A stretch of DNA of 64,000 nucleotides. It comes from Lama guanicoe (taxonomy: Eukaryota). The first letter of the stretch is position 1. Every line of letters begins with the position of its first letter. The translations under genes and the position numbers were made by a program. The notes beneath the pieces are model-generated. The model was not told where the DNA came from and ran no database searches. It saw only the letters and a program-made list of their open reading frames with translations. Where the stretch lies: assembly GCA_013239625.1 (NCBI GenBank), contig MU053379.1, positions 380,490-444,489 of the forward strand, given 5' to 3'. Positions 11,711-24,345 of the stretch are shown in pieces.

Positions 11711-13847
11711 TCACGACCAAATAGTGAGCTTCTGAATGCCAGGCCCTGGGTCGTGATCTCTAGCATCCAGTATAGTCCTGGGTGCAGAGTGTTAATGAGC
11801 CCTGAGTAAGCATTTGTCCAGGATGCTGAATAGTGAGACAGTTTGTCCACAGACATACTGAGAAGCCTTCTGAAATGGGAACATCTTCTGACTTTCCATC
11901 TAATCTTTATTAGCCACAGTTGCTACCTAGTTGGCTGCCCAGGAAGAGTGCTCCACAGCTTTATTTCTGTTTAACAGTTGAAGTCTTAAAGCTCCCACAG
12001 TCACTCGGTCCTTGATTTGGCTGCATAACACACACAATGAAAGCTGTAAGGACTCCATTACCAGCAAATTGGTGCTTTAAGCTGAAACATTGGTTCAGTT
12101 TGGATGCATTAAAGGCCCAAAGCGAGGTGGAAACCTCCATTCTCTAGCTTTTTCCATTATATACCGAAGATCATTGATCCCCAGGGTGAAATAGAGGGAA
12201 AGGTGAATTCAGAGCACATGATGGGGAAGAACAAAACTCAGGCTTATTGTGCCCTTTCCTCCCCCAAGTCTCCATGAAATTTTTTTTTTTGTATTTTGTA
12301 AAGGAGCGTGGTTCTGTTTATTATTTTATTTGTAGTATTTTTTACCTGGCACAAATTATTACGTATGGTTGTCATTGTGTCTATCTAAACATAAAATTCA
12401 ATGCTAATGATCTGACAAGCCCTGAGCTTTTCATCTGGCCTCATAAAGGACAGGTGCCTCGGAAATCTGCAACCCACACCTTGTTTTATATTTCCATTGG
12501 GAATCAAATTTTAGTTGATTTGTCATATCAATTTTCTTTTCAAATCTTAAGAAGTCTTTTTGTACTTTTCATGACACACCCTGAAACTGTTAAAAGCAGT
12601 GACAACACATGTTTAGGATTCATAGTGGATTTTATCCACCTGAAGCTTTGAGTTCACGTTGTAATTTAATTCTGTTGGGAAATAAATCAGAACAAGGTGA
12701 AGTGATGTTTGTATTCATTAGTGTGAGATGAATCACTTATTGAATCAGATTCTTTCCTTGAATTCATAAACAGTACTAAGGAAAAAAAATCCACAAATAG
12801 AGTAATCAGAATATGGGGATTTAGCATAATCTCTTTTGTATTTACATTAAAAGATTAATTTTAAAAAGTCCTACCAGAATTGACTTAGATTTGATGGAAA
12901 AGTTAATAATAAAATAATTTACAGGCTGAAAATTTTCTAGAACTGACAGTGGAAATAGACAATGATTAAAGATTATGGAATACTGAGTTTGTTTTGTGTC
13001 AGGATTACTTTCTAAATTTTTTTAAAAATTTTCTTCTCATGTGAAAAACTAATTTAAAATTTGTCCTTTTTTAAAATGAATGATGTAAGTTAGGAAGATT
13101 TCTGTTTCTGGTAATGCATGACAATGTAGTACCTAAACTAGACGAGAAGGAAAAAATACATAAAAGAACCAAATCTAACAAAAGTAAGCAATTTCTGGAC
13201 CAAGATCCAGGAGAGGAAGGGAATCTAACACTGCAGGCTACCTCCATCCCATGGACAATTGCCAGTCCTAACAACAGGGCTGACGATCTGAATTGCACTT
13301 TTGAAAAATCTCACCAAGCCATACATGCTGGAGTTCTGGGCCTGACGCAGTAAATCATCCCCTATTTTGGTCTAAGATTCCAAGAGCAGGAGTGAAATGA
13401 AAATAAACCAGCCTTTAACATAGAGTCCAGAAAATTACAATCTTAACATTGAACTAAGATCACCCCAGGTTGCTGATGCCCCTAGGTGCCTAAAAGAGTC
13501 AATGGAAAAATCTTTGGAGGAAAAAAAAATAATAAGTCATCCCATGCTGCAAAGTATTTCTACAAATAACATTTCAAACGCAATGTCCATTACATAGTCA
13601 AAGATTGACAGGCACCCAAAGAGATAAGGCGCAATAAGTGAGAATCAGGAGAAACAATAAATAAGAATAAGCTGGAATATATGAAAAGCAAAGAGATAAA
13701 TATGTAGCCAGTCTAAGTGCTGACTGACTATATAGGACAATAATAAAGATAATAATATTATTATTTGTAATGTACAAAAAATGAGAGCAATTACAATGGG
13801 CTTCATTGTTAGAATCGAGTGTTTAATTATCTGGTGGACTTGATACA

Positions 13848-14001
13848 GCAAGGTTCAGCTAACTATGTATGGCCCATGAGCCAAGTCTACCTGTGGCCTA
13901 CTTTTTGCATAGCAAATACATGACAGACCAACCATATGCGGCCCAAAAAGACTAAACTGTTTAGTTTCTTGTCATTACAAAGAAAGTTTGCTGACACTTG
14001 C
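13848..14001. mobile_element. MER58-like hAT DNA transposon
   Basis: Terminal inverted ends CAAGGTTCAGCTAACT ... AGTTTGCTGACACTTG with GGCCC motifs. Confidence 0.6.
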
Positions 14002-14002
14002 T

Positions 14003-14410
14003 GTAAAGAAATGAAAATGAATGAACTGAAGCTACATACAACAACATGGTTGGATCTTCAAGATATATCATTCAGCCAAAAAAAAAGTAAGACCAAATGG
14101 AAATCTCCAGTATGATTTCATTGACATAAAGTCCAAAAAGCCAAAAAACTATACTTTTGAGATGTATTCTTAGGTGGTAAAACTATAAAAGAAAGTGAAA
14201 GAGTGATTACCATAAATGTCAGAAGAAGGGCTTCTTCTAGGCGGGAGAGAGGGGGATGGAAGGGGGAAAGACTGCCCCGCAGAAGTAGCGGCAGTGTTCT
14301 GTTTCTTGGCCTGTGCGACTGCTGTTTGAGTGTTTGCAGTAATTTGCTAAAATGTGAGTTTCTGTTTTATGCATTTTTCTGTACATGTATTCTGTTTCAC
14401 AATAAAAGAG
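14003..14410 (+). mobile_element. Old L1 (L1ME-like) 3' end
   Basis: AATGAATGAACTGAAGCTACATACAACAACATGG...CAGTATGATTTCATT...TTTCACAATAAAA. Confidence 0.65.
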
Positions 14411-14437
14411 ATTTAAAAGGGGAAATGTATGCAAATT

Positions 14438-14545
14438 AAAAGGAAAGGAAAGGAAAGGAAAGGAAAGGAAAGGAAAGGAAAGGAAAGTAAGAGGGAGAGA
14501 GAAGAGAGGAAAGGAGGAGGGGAGGGAGGGAGGGAGGGAAAAAAA
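14438..14545 (+). repeat. (AAAGG)n pentanucleotide microsatellite plus GA/GGGA polypurine tract
   Basis: Direct reading; ~108 nt of purines with a single T at 14488. Confidence 0.95.
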
Positions 14546-15409
14546 CTGCAAAATTTAGCCCACTGGCAAGGCTGATGTTCTTTGCTGAGAAGAAAAAATA
14601 TCCTAAGCAATGTTTTCAACTACCCATTGATTTGATAGGTAATTTCAGAGAAAATGACTGCCCATTTGTATGTTTATGAAGGGCTTAGCTTGGAGAAAAG
14701 GTCAGTATTCTTGCTGTGAATAAAATATTTATGAAAATAGCCTTGGCTTTTCTTTCTTTGTTTCCTCACCTGTATCCAGCCGCCCAAACTTACAATATGC
14801 TAAGGACCTGCCCTGGTCTCCATGTCTTTCAGAGATATTTCCACCACATCCTCTATAAAGGAGTTGAGCCTTTCCCCATTGTTGGCAAGGACTTTTATTC
14901 TTTTACTCATTTCCTCTTTCTCTCTGAAAATATTCCACTTGCCTTATTTCACTAAGGTGTGTTAAGTTTAGTGAATGACAGTTTTAGATCACGTGTCACA
15001 AAAAGTTCAGAGCTGCCATATTGCCCCGCTCCGGGGGAATGTTCACATCACGGCCACTCTGTAGCTGTGCAGTGCGCAGAGCACTCAACTTATGCAGCAG
15101 CCTGGCTAGCACTATTCAGGGGAGTTAGTATTAGCATTCCTATGGGTTTCAAGTAAAGGGGAATGGATGAAGTCTAATGCTAAATGATTCGAGTTAAACA
15201 ATAAATGAACTTCTTGCTTTAAAAAATTCCAAGATAACAGTGGGAGCAATGCGTTTGTAATGCTCTTCAGAATACAAAGTGATCCATCCAATTTATATGC
15301 CCTCTAATCTTTCACACAGTATTGCATTTGACTTACACAATTAAAACTAATGGCATTAGCCAAAGTAACTTAAGTTTATGCAAATTGCGTCAGATAGAAC
15401 TGCTCTCAG

Positions 15410-15590
15410 GTCTGGGCTCCACCTTTCACCGTGAGGTCTTGGGCAAGTGGCCAGCCTCTCTGAGCCTCAGATTCTTTAGCTAAAACAAGAAAATGATGAT
15501 GAGAAGAATATCTACCTACCATAGAGAATTAAGTGAGATAATATACGTAAGGCACAGTGACTGGCACATATGTGCCCTGTAACAATTAGA
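15410..15590 (+). mobile_element. MIR SINE
   Basis: CTTGGGCAAGTGGCCAGCCTCTCTGAGCCTCAG...GTGACTGGCACATA. Confidence 0.7.
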
Positions 15591-15859
15591 TAATACTCTT
15601 TATCTATCTATTTATTTATTATCTGATCATTCCTGCTTCCCTCCAAAAACAACAAAAGAAGTTTCCTTCTTCCAGCTTTCTAGCCCAGAACCTGGGAGGG
15701 ATACGCCGCATCTTCTAATCCTCCAGTCTCCCCACATCCGTCTCTGCCTTATCCGTGTACTCACCAAGCACACTCATTATCCTTAATCCCCATATGCTTA
15801 TATTACCTCTCCTCAGATTTACAAACTTCTTGAAGGACACTTTGCCTCTAATGTTCCCC

Positions 15860-16760
15860 CTTCCATTTACTCATCCATCCATCCATCCATCCATCCATTC
15901 ACTGAAGATCACCCTGAGCACACAGAGTAGCTCTGAGGAGGTGACATCTGAGCAGCGGGATCAACTGAGAGAGTGAGCGTGGAGATTCCTCATGGGGTGG
16001 AGGGAAGAATTCCAGGAAGAAGCAAAGAGATATGCTAAGACCTTGAGACAGACATGCTTGAGGGCCAGTAAGAAAGCAGAGAATCTCTGCTGAGTACTAG
16101 GAGATGTGGTTGGAGCGGCTGTCACAGGCTCAATATTAGAGTCTCTCTATTCTAGTGGTTCCAGGAGGAACCACTGACAGGTTTAAGCAAAGGGGTGGCA
16201 TTTTTAGCAAACCAGACTCTAGAGGCCAGGAGGAAGCAGAGGGACCATGCAGAAGACCATACACATGGGTCCACGTAGTGCAGACTAGTATGACAGCAGA
16301 CAGTCTTTCTAAAACGCAGTTCTGATCGGGTTACTCTCCCTACACCGCGCATGTATACAGCACACATACACACACCTAAAAACAGCCAAACTTTCCTGTG
16401 CTGCCCCTACAATAAAGTCAAACTCTGGACCCCTTTCCCAACTCCTGTCCTACACGATCCTGCCAGAAGTCATAATCCTGTAACCCTGCACCTGCTGTTC
16501 TGGAATGTTCCTCTCTCCCTAGTCTTTCCATTTATTTTGCAAAACTCTGATTTATGAGCTCCTCTGAGAAGCTGTTCTTGATCCCCTCCCTTTTCCCTTC
16601 CCAGAAATACTTAACTACCTCCTCTTCTGAGCCATAAAACTATGATCACATTTGTCATTCTGTCCTGTACATTGTGAGCCACTTATGTGCAATGTTCCCA
16701 TGTTTTAATTTATCTTGAGCCCTCTGCAAAATTACTGCCATCAAGTATGTGTTAAATTTA
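15860..16760. mobile_element. L2 fragments with a (CCAT)n tract at ~15872-15900
   Basis: L2-like motifs (CTCTGAGGAGGTGACATCTGAGCAG, GGTTTAAGCAAAGG, CTGGAATGTTCCTC). Confidence 0.5.
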
Positions 16761-18929
16761 TGATGAATTTAATGCAATAAATAGAATTTTCTTTCTGGGT
16801 AATTTTTCAAGTAAAGCAGATTGCCTGAGGTCATGTGGGTATCTCTTTGCTGCAATGTCAAGAATCTCCATTCACATCCTTCTGATACTTTTGTGTCGGT
16901 GTTCACATGTCGCACTACCAATTGCTAGATGAGCTCAGATTCAGAATTTAGCAATCAGTGCCTCCCCCACATTGATTTTCTCTCTGCCTTTCCTGGGTTT
17001 TGAGTTCAGTTTCAGTAGTGAACTTTAAGTTCACTGGTGCCACCCTTCCTGACCTCCAGTCAATCCTAGACTAACTCCTCCTTCTCAATCAATACCAAAT
17101 AAAAGCTATATACTCTTTTTTAAACAAAGTAATTTGCATTTATTTAAATATACGTTGTAAGAAAAGCTATATCCTCTTGATTTATCTTGACTTCAGCTGT
17201 AAGCAATTCTCTCCAAATGCAGGTTTAAATCTTCTATCTTCAAATCCATCATAACCGTTTCCCCTAGTCCTTCAGCAGGGGTCTGCTCCACTTTAGTAGG
17301 CTTTAAAATGCTGTCTTTTACATATTTTTTCAGACTCCATGGGGAATTAGCAGAGTAATGCTGAATTACAGCCTCTGTCTCATTGTGCGGTGTGGTTTGA
17401 GTTCGGCCTGGCCACAATTTGTAAGTCCTGATGTGAATTTCATTTCCTGTTGCTTACCCTGAACGTTAACTTTCTGCCTGGTAAAACTGCAAATTCCCAA
17501 CAAAAGCATTCTACAATTGATTAGGCCCAGGCCACTTGGCAATTTCTCTCTAATCTCTTTTATCGTGCTTTCCATAAAAATGACAGCTTTGGTATAAATC
17601 CTAATTTAAATCAATACCAGTAAGTGCTAATCTCTTCACAGCACTGGAGATGAAAATGTCAAATGGTACCTGATGGGCATTAGAACTCCCACTGTAAATC
17701 ATCAAAAATTAAAGCAACACCAAATTGATTTTATTTTCCTTCTTTTTAAAAAAAATTACTTTCAGATTCATTATTTTCGCATTGAGTTATTCTTTTTTTT
17801 TCCCCCGGTTATATTCTTGTTCGGTGAGATTGATGAACTGAGTTTGGCATGGCACGTGGGCTGATGTCTCATAGCAAAACATACAGGACCCAGTCCTGCA
17901 CTAGGACGAGCCTTAGGATAAAGCTGATATTTTAGAGAATGATGCACATATTTAAGATATGTTTTAATCTTTATTCACATGATAGAACCTCAAGAAAGTA
18001 GAATCTTGAAGAAGCTATACCACAGGAAGGTACCTAAAAATGGTATAGGCATGGGAAAGAATTTCTAGCCTTTTTTTCCCCCATCCTTGACATTATTATC
18101 AAAGCCACTACAAGCTAGAACTAGAAAACACCTCCTCCAGGGGGTTGGGCCTCTCAGAGTCAAAACTGAGGAAAATGCATAGCTTAAGAGCTAAGCAGTC
18201 AAGTGATCCTGGAAGAGCTGGGCAACCACATGGTTTTAAAATCCAGGAGGAACTTAACTAAGCATCTTTCTCAACTTCCCACACTACTCATCTGACTAAA
18301 TGAGAAACTGAAAACTTAGGAGACTTAGTGACAAAATGATGGTCGTCACAGATCTAAAGGCAAAGCAGTAGATCTCTCGTATTCAATCCCCATCTCTTCT
18401 TGTTGCATCACAGAGAAAACTGTAAGGACTCTGCCCGTAGTGAGCAAGGGCACACCAAACTCTGATGCATGTGTGTTCATAAAAACACACGAAAGTAAAT
18501 TCTTTGTATGTGCTGATAGAGGAGTGGCAGGTGAAAAACACATTACAGATTAAGCAAAGACTTAATTTAACTGTTCAATTTCAGATTTGTTTCCACACAA
18601 AGTATTTTCTATGCTTCTAGGGTGATCCCACTCTGTCTCTCAAAGAGGGTGGTAGTTAGCAATGAAATGCTTACCAAATATGTAGCCCAAAGGAGTGGCA
18701 GGAAAAAAACATACACACACGTTCCATAGACAAAGCAGTTCATAAAGGACCTAGCCTTTGAATAATGTAGGATTAGGGAAATGTCCAAGAACTGACAACA
18801 AAGATTTCTCCAATCTCTGTTTAGTTTATTAAGTTATTCATCATTTTAAGTTCATCAACAGCAGTAACCAAAGTGCAAGTTTCTCAAAATTATCTGTCTC
18901 TTCTCTCATCAGCTTAAGCCTTGCAAGAG

Positions 18930-19259
18930 TAGCAAGTGCAGGTAACTAAGGGGGGAGGCAGGTAGCAAGAATGAGCAATGTGGGCTGGGTAGAGACTGGC
19001 AAATTCAAGAGCGCATCCAAAGGAAACAACTCCTTTGCCTCCAGTTGAGACAAACGCTGAGACGTAATTTATACTCCAGAGCTCCCCTGCAGACCAGGTG
19101 GAGATTTTGCCTGAAATCACACAACTGTTACACCTGCTTCCCCCTTCTCTATCCTACTGCCCCTACTCCTTCAGCCAAGGGTTCCAGGAGCACATCCTTA
19201 ATAAACCACTTACACATGAATCCTCTCTTGGTCTGCTTCTAAGAGTCTGTCCTAAAACA
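18930..19259 (+). mobile_element. ERVL LTR (LTR16-like)
   Basis: TTTATACTCCAGAGCTCCCCTGC...GAGCACATCCTTAATAAACCACTTACACATGAATCC...CTAAAACA. Confidence 0.65.
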
Positions 19260-22200
19260 TCCACAAGTTTATCGATATTTCCTTATTTTATTAAGAGCTA
19301 TATTTCCATCTAAATATTTAAGATACTTTTACACATGAAACAATTGTGTCAGCTCTGGGAAAGTCGTGGTGTAGTGGCGCTGTGTGTGTGAACAGTTACA
19401 CTTTAAAAGTCACATAAGAAATATTAGTTATATCATTCATGGCACTATATGCAACTAGAAAGTAGTGAATTATATAAATTTCACTGTGCAATTAGAGAAA
19501 TTTAGGCACCAGACAGAATATAATGGCCAAGGAAAGCAGAACAATGCCTTTTAAACTGATTCCTTAGAGATGGGATATTATAAAGTGATTCTCTCATTTT
19601 TTGAATCTGAGGATCAAATATTTTACTTACTTTTTAAAAAGAGATAAATAATGGGGCATGTACAATTACATTATTTCCCCATATCCCAAAATCAAGAAAA
19701 TATTTTTTCAACAACATAAGTTATATCAATTAACCAATTCCATAGTAATTTGCAAGTGCACAGATACATAATTGAATGAACAGGTATTTTTGCAGCCAAT
19801 AGGAACAGAAACAATACTGAAATCATAATGCATTCTTCAAAATAACTTAGTTGAATACTTTAGTTCAGACACCTTCGGTTACTGTAATTGCAAAAATCAG
19901 TAGGTAGATTAAATCTCAGGAGTTTCCACTCAGGGCTTAAAAGCCATGTGCTATTTGTTTTATTCTAATGGTCTGTTCAGTTATAGGTATATCAGATGAG
20001 AAAAATATATCCTCACAGATAGTATAATTTCAAGCATTTTTTAAGAGAACAAAAATGGGAAGAATATTAAAATATGAAAAATGTCTTAGGCTGCTAAAAC
20101 ATGTTTTATTGTGCTGAAACAGTTTGCTCAGCCATAGTACTGATGTCTTCCCTCAGTTACACAACCAGCTGATTTTTCAGGGCTGTTTCAAAAATAATTC
20201 AGTAAACATGAGCACAAGTTTTTGCATCATAAAAAAATCTTGCATAAAACTCTAGTAAGAAGATGGAGCAACATCTTCAAACTTATCATCAAAAAGTAAA
20301 ACTTACATTTAGCAAAAACTACTATAACAAATTTAATCAGTATTCTCAGACACTTGAGGGTTCAGGGAGAATAGCATGTGTGCACACACACACGCACACA
20401 CACGCACAGAAGCACTTCACTGACACATCTCAGAAAAGAGAGAAATTAGCTCAGGACAAAGCAATGGTTTACAGAAGTAAGTGTGTAATGTAAAGTAAGC
20501 CATATGCCCCTTATTTTTCTTATTAGTTCCCCTTATATTCTAATGAGAAAAATTTCGGGGTTTCAATCAATTCTACAATCATCTGTTGAGCAAGTACAAA
20601 GTGTAAAAAGCCTTAGTTCTGCTTCCCCCAACACACAAACACACACAGTATACACACCAGGCAACCAGCACTCTCTTTCTCTTCTCCCCAGTTCCAACTC
20701 TCTACTCAAATAAAGAGCACTACTTGCTTTCCCACCTGCCAATCAACCCCAGCTCTTGCACAGGTGGCATCCTCTAGGGGTGTGGCCAGGTTCTTCCTTC
20801 TTCCTCCAGCAGCATCCAATGAGAGTGCCATTACAGCCCAGAGCACACCCCCCACCCTAAACTGTAAAGGCCAGGTGGAGGTGAGTGAGCAATAGGAAAC
20901 CTTGAGAGAGAAAGAGTTTCAGCAGCCTTTCCTAGATTTTCCAGACTCTGTTCTGAGAACGCTTACCCCAGGAGGGATGGTGTTCCACAGTTGGAAAAGT
21001 AGATGCTTGGAAAACATAATATTGAAAACACTGATCCCTTGTCTAAAGAAAAAGCACCTGATCTTGACTTAAGCCATGGCTCACGAGTGCTCAGTCTGGA
21101 AGCAACCAGGTCTCCTGTCTGCTGCTCAACTCTTGCCAACAGAGCAGGAACCCAGAGGGCCTCAGATGGCAGATCTGTTTAAGCCTTTCTCTTTCATTTG
21201 ATCTGAAAAGTCTTGATGATTACACGGATTGGGGCAGAATTTAGTCACCAGAAATAATTACCTTCTTTGTTCTGTGGCTTCTCTTCACTGGACATGTGAG
21301 TGTTGCCTTCATACATCCTGGAGATTATTTAACAACCTGAGACTGATCAGGCTGGATGATCTATGCCATATGCCTTATTGCCATCAAACTCAAGGAAGAG
21401 GGAAAAAAAGAACAGCGACAATCTGTCTCTTGGAACTGCTAACTTCCCCCTGCTCAGAGCCAACACACAGCCTCTCCTATCTTCCAGGAACCTGTCTTCC
21501 ACACTAGCATTTGCTGTCACGTCACGGCCAGGACGCTATTTTCCCAATGGTATTAATGTAGGGATGTGAAATGACATCCATCCTTCCTGCCCTGCCACAC
21601 ATCAGTCACCCCAATAGACCTCTGAAAATTCACAGTGTCCAGGTCTCACAGGGAGGGTCACTCATAGTGAGGATCCTGGGGTGCATTAGTGATTTGTAAA
21701 GGTGAATATATAAGGTAGATTTTTCAAAGGAGTTAACATTGCCAAAGGGCTACAATAAAGAAAATTATCTAAGACAAGCAAGCAGTGAGTTGCAGGGAAA
21801 AAGTGAAGAGCCAAAGAGAAGGGTTTCTTTAATAAGAGCCTTTCGTGTCTTCTTATGGGAAGCTGGGATGTTTCAGGACCAGCTGCAGAAATGTATGCTA
21901 ATTAAGCAAGTATTTTGAGCATCTTTGTGCTTGTATTTGTGAGCAAAACTCTTGAATGGTGGTTTAATTTTTCTGCCCATGGCACTACCTTAGTTCTATG
22001 CTCATAGGTGCTCAACAAGTATGTAAATGGGTGATTTAAAAAAATTTATCTCTTGCCACTTAAAAAAAAATCTTAGAGAAACTGACATTTAAAGAGATTA
22101 AGGTCATATGTCTGTTTTTGTACCAATACCATGTTGTTTTGGTTACTGTAGCTCTATAGTATTGTCTGAAGTCTGGGAGAGTTATTTCTCCAGCCTCTTT

Positions 22201-22474
22201 CTTTTTCTTCAGTAATGCTTTGGCAATTCTAGGTCATTTTTTGTTCCATATAAATTTTATTATGATTTTTTTCTAGTTCTGTGAATTCCAAGGGAACAGA
22301 ATAGAGAGCCCAGAAATGAACCCACAATCTTTTGGTCAACTAATCTTTGACGAAGGAGGCAAGAATATACAATGGAATAAAGACAGTCTCTTCAGCAAAT
22401 AGTGTTGGGAAAACTGGACAGCAGCATGTAACAAAGGAGGCAAGGAAATACAATGGAATACATAGTCTCTTCAG

Positions 22475-22530
22475 NNNNNNNNNNNNNNNNNNNNNNNNNN
22501 NNNNNNNNNNNNNNNNNNNNNNNNNNNNNN
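22475..22530. other. Assembly gap (56 N)
   Basis: Run of N inside the L1. Confidence 1.
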
Positions 22531-23406
22531 TATAGGCAAAATCTGACATACATTATCAAAACTGTTCCCCTAGGGCAGTCTACCCAAGCAATAGAAATAA
22601 AAGCAAGAATAAACAAATGGGACCTAATGAAACTTACAAGCTTCTGCACAGCAAAGGAAACCATAAGAAAAACAAAACGACAACCTAAGGAATGGGAGGA
22701 AATTTTTGCAAATGAAACCGGCAAAGGCTTGATCTCCAGACTATATAAGCAGCTCATACAACTTAACAAGACAAAAACAAACAACCCAATCCAAAAATGG
22801 GCAGAAGATATAAACAAGCAATTTTCCAAGGAAGAAATACAAAGGATCAATAGGCATATGAAAAAATGCTCAATATCACTAATCATCAGAGAAATACAAA
22901 TCAAAACTACAACAAGGTATCACCTCACACCAGCCAGAATGGCCATCATTAAAAAGTCCACAAATGACAAATGCTGGAGAGGCTATGGAGAAAAGGGAAC
23001 CCTCCTACACTGCTGGTGGGAATGCAGGTTGGTGCAGCCACTGTGGAAAACAGTATGGAGATTCCTCAAAAGACTAGGAATAGACTTAACATATGACCCA
23101 GGAATCCCACTCCTGGGCATATATCCAGAAGGAACCCTACTTCAAAATGACACCTGTACCCCAATGTTCATAGCAGCACTATTCACAATAGCCAAGACAT
23201 GGAAACAGCTTAAATGTCCATCAACGGATGACTGGATAAAGAAGAGGTGGCATATTTATACAATGGAATACTCTTCAGCCATAAAAAATGACAACATAAT
23301 GACATTTGCAGCAACATGGACATCCCTGGAGAATGTCATTCTAAGTGAAGTAAGCCAGGAAGAAAAAGAAAAATACCATATGAGATCACTCATATGTGGA
23401 ATCTAA
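22531..23406 (+). pseudogene. L1 ORF2p C-terminal remnant including the CCHC motif
   Basis: Open frame with [51 protein letters not shown] and [19 protein letters not shown]; it lacks the EN and RT domains. Confidence 0.92.
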
Positions 23407-23859
23407 AAAAAAAAAAAAGAACTTAAATACAAAACAGAAACAGGCTCATAGACAGAATACAAACTGGTGATTGCCAAGGGGGATGGGAGTGGGAAGGGAC
23501 AGACTGGGATTTCAAAATTTTTAGATACTGACAGGCATATGCGAAAAACATAGATAAACAATTTATACTACATAGCACAGGGAAATATATACAAGATCTT
23601 GTGGTAGCTCACAGTGAAAAAAAATGTGACAGTGAATATATGTATGTTCATGTATAACTGAAAAATTGTGCTCTACACTGAAATCTGACACAACATTGTA
23701 AAATGACTATAACTCAATAAAAAATGTTTTAAAATTTTAAAAATTAAAAATAAATTAAAAAAAGAGATTAAGCTCAAAGTCACATAGCTAGGAAGATATG
23801 AAATGCAAATTTGAATCCAAATCTACTCTTTTTCCTGATCCATGGAGAGAGAATGAGGC

Positions 23860-24090
23860 ACAACCTCATGGACTTGGGGGCCAGATATCCCGGGTTAGAA
23901 TTCTAGCTCCAGCACATAGTAGCTATGCAGTCTTGGTCAGGGGAATAACCTAACCCCTTTGTGCCTTTGCTTTAGCATATGTAAAATGGGAATAAGAAAA
24001 ATATCTATTTTATGTATGAAGTGAGTTAACATGTGTAAAGTGCCTAGAACAGTGGCTGATACATAGTGAGCAGTTAATCATTTTAGCTAT
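23860..24090 (+). mobile_element. MIR SINE
   Basis: GTAAAATGGGAATAAG...GTAAAGTGCCTAGAACAGTGGCTGATACATAGTGAGC. Confidence 0.75.
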
Positions 24091-24249
24091 CTTTCAGGAT
24101 TATTGAAGTCAGGGAATATATTCCATCCAGCAATAAATCTGCAAATTATGGTGTATAATTTCCCATATCCTGCATCTCTTGAAAATATATATATAATGAG
24201 AGACTAGAGTGACTGAAAATAATCATAATTTTCTTTGCAACTGAAGTGA

Positions 24250-24345
24250 TACATCATCTTCCTCATCATGACCATCATCTCCATCAACTTCGTTACCACT
24301 ATCATTTTCACCATTACTATCAATTTCATTATCTTCATCACCAAC
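24250..24345 (+). repeat. Degenerate (CAT/CAC)n trinucleotide low-complexity tract
   Basis: Direct reading; it produces the His-rich and Ile/Thr-rich pseudo-ORFs. Confidence 0.8.

Larger units (their letters stand above)
22103..23760 (+). mobile_element. Young 5'-truncated, 5'-inverted (twin-primed) LINE-1, same family as 5737-8615
   Basis: TSD AAAGAGATTAAG at 22091-22102 and 23761-23772; antisense ORF2 segment ~22103-22285 joined to sense ORF2 from ~22287; 3' UTR and A-rich tail closely similar to the 7920-8615 copy. Confidence 0.92.
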
